Shown here piece after piece: positions 63,161 through 64,000 of a stretch of 64,000 bases of DNA. This DNA is from Leucoraja ocellata (taxonomy: Eukaryota). Under the pieces are notes generated by a model. That model saw nothing but the letters and a program-made list of their open reading frames with translations. It did not search any database and was not told the origin of the DNA. The position numbers and the translations under genes were made by a program. The stretch is taken from assembly GCA_036785375.1 (NCBI GenBank), contig JAWMAR010001358.1, forward strand, positions 62,001 to 126,000, given 5' to 3'. The stretch's first letter is position 1. Each line of letters starts with the position of its first letter.

Positions 63161-64000
63161 ATTTTAAAATTAATACAGAGCAAAATCACTGCAGTGGCAG
63201 TTACAACTGCACCTTTCCAATGTAATACCAAAATAAAAATTTTGGTCAACAGAACTGCATTATGAAAATGTTTCTATCGCATTTACTCTGTGGCTAAATA
63301 AAACTTCCATAATTCTGTCAAATTCCATGACTTAGGTAAATCTCTAGATTAAATGGAATTGCAGGAATAAACTTAAATTAAACCAGATTTATTAAATGTA
63401 AAGGCAGCTGCACATTAGCTGATTCATCTTCTAAATGTAGACTCTTAAAGACACATATTATTTAATCCTTGCTCAAAATCTGAGTCAGCCTTAAAATACT
63501 GTCCCCATTTTCGGTTTCCTTAAAGTTTGACTTTGGACTGAAAAGAAGGCTTCGAAATGAATTCCCAGTTTGTAGAATTATAGGTCATCATGATAGAATA
63601 AAGAAAATAGGACACTAATTTTAGTACACTGAGAGATTCAATAGATATTTAAACAATAATGGCTATCGCTGAAAATCTGAAATAAAAATCTGAAATGAAA
63701 ATGCCAGTACACGCAGCAGGTCAGGCAGTACTTGTGAAAAAGACAGTTGTCATTTCAGGTTGAAGACCTTTCATCATGAAGCTAGAAAATTATTTGATGT
63801 TGTAGTGGGTGGAGATCAGTTGAATCATTTAAGTATTTGCATAAAGAGTCATATAGCACGGAAACAATCCCTTCAATTCGCACTGACCCAACACCCATCT
63901 GCACGATGTGATGTCTCCAGAAGGATTCAGACCCAAAACACTACGTATTCTTTTTCTCCAGAGATGCTGCCTGACCTGTTGAGTTATTCCAGCATTTTGT

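Noticed and set aside
56545-64000. BAIAP2L1 exons 1-2 (expected NVMEQFNPGLRNL-type sequence)
   Set aside because: No matching exon found by eye; presumed to lie beyond the window.

Overview
Eukaryotic, AT-rich, repeat-dense DNA from a cartilaginous fish, most likely a skate or ray (inferred from the HE1-type V-SINEs, DeuSINEs, CR1 LINEs and Penelope-derived repeats). One gene spans almost the whole window on the minus strand: BAIAP2L1 (IRTKS; IMD/I-BAR, SH3, PPxY motif, WH2-like C-terminus). I assembled 12 coding exons by hand, all with GT-AG junctions, from 56544 down to the TAG stop at 2350-2352. They total 1367 nt in one continuous frame (about 455 aa). Exon numbers 3-14 are assigned by homology; exons 1-2 appear to lie beyond 64000. 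Most ORFs in the supplied track are spurious or decayed transposon fragments. The introns hold CR1 and Rex/Babar LINE remnants, V-SINEs, DeuSINEs, hAT, Harbinger-like and Helitron-like non-autonomous elements, Penelope-like element (PLE) GIY-YIG fragments, and more than 25 short PLE-terminal pieces. The most interesting signal is that these PLE pieces carry a minimal type-I hammerhead ribozyme core (CUGAnGA-stem II-GAAAC-GUH, palindromic stem III). They insert with 11-14 bp TSDs, often form fold-backs, hit the same V-SINE site twice, and some lie in the sense of the BAIAP2L1 pre-mRNA. Exon and TSD coordinates are base-counted; other repeat boundaries are approximate (about 20-50 nt). Repeat family names come from recalled consensus motifs, not database searches.
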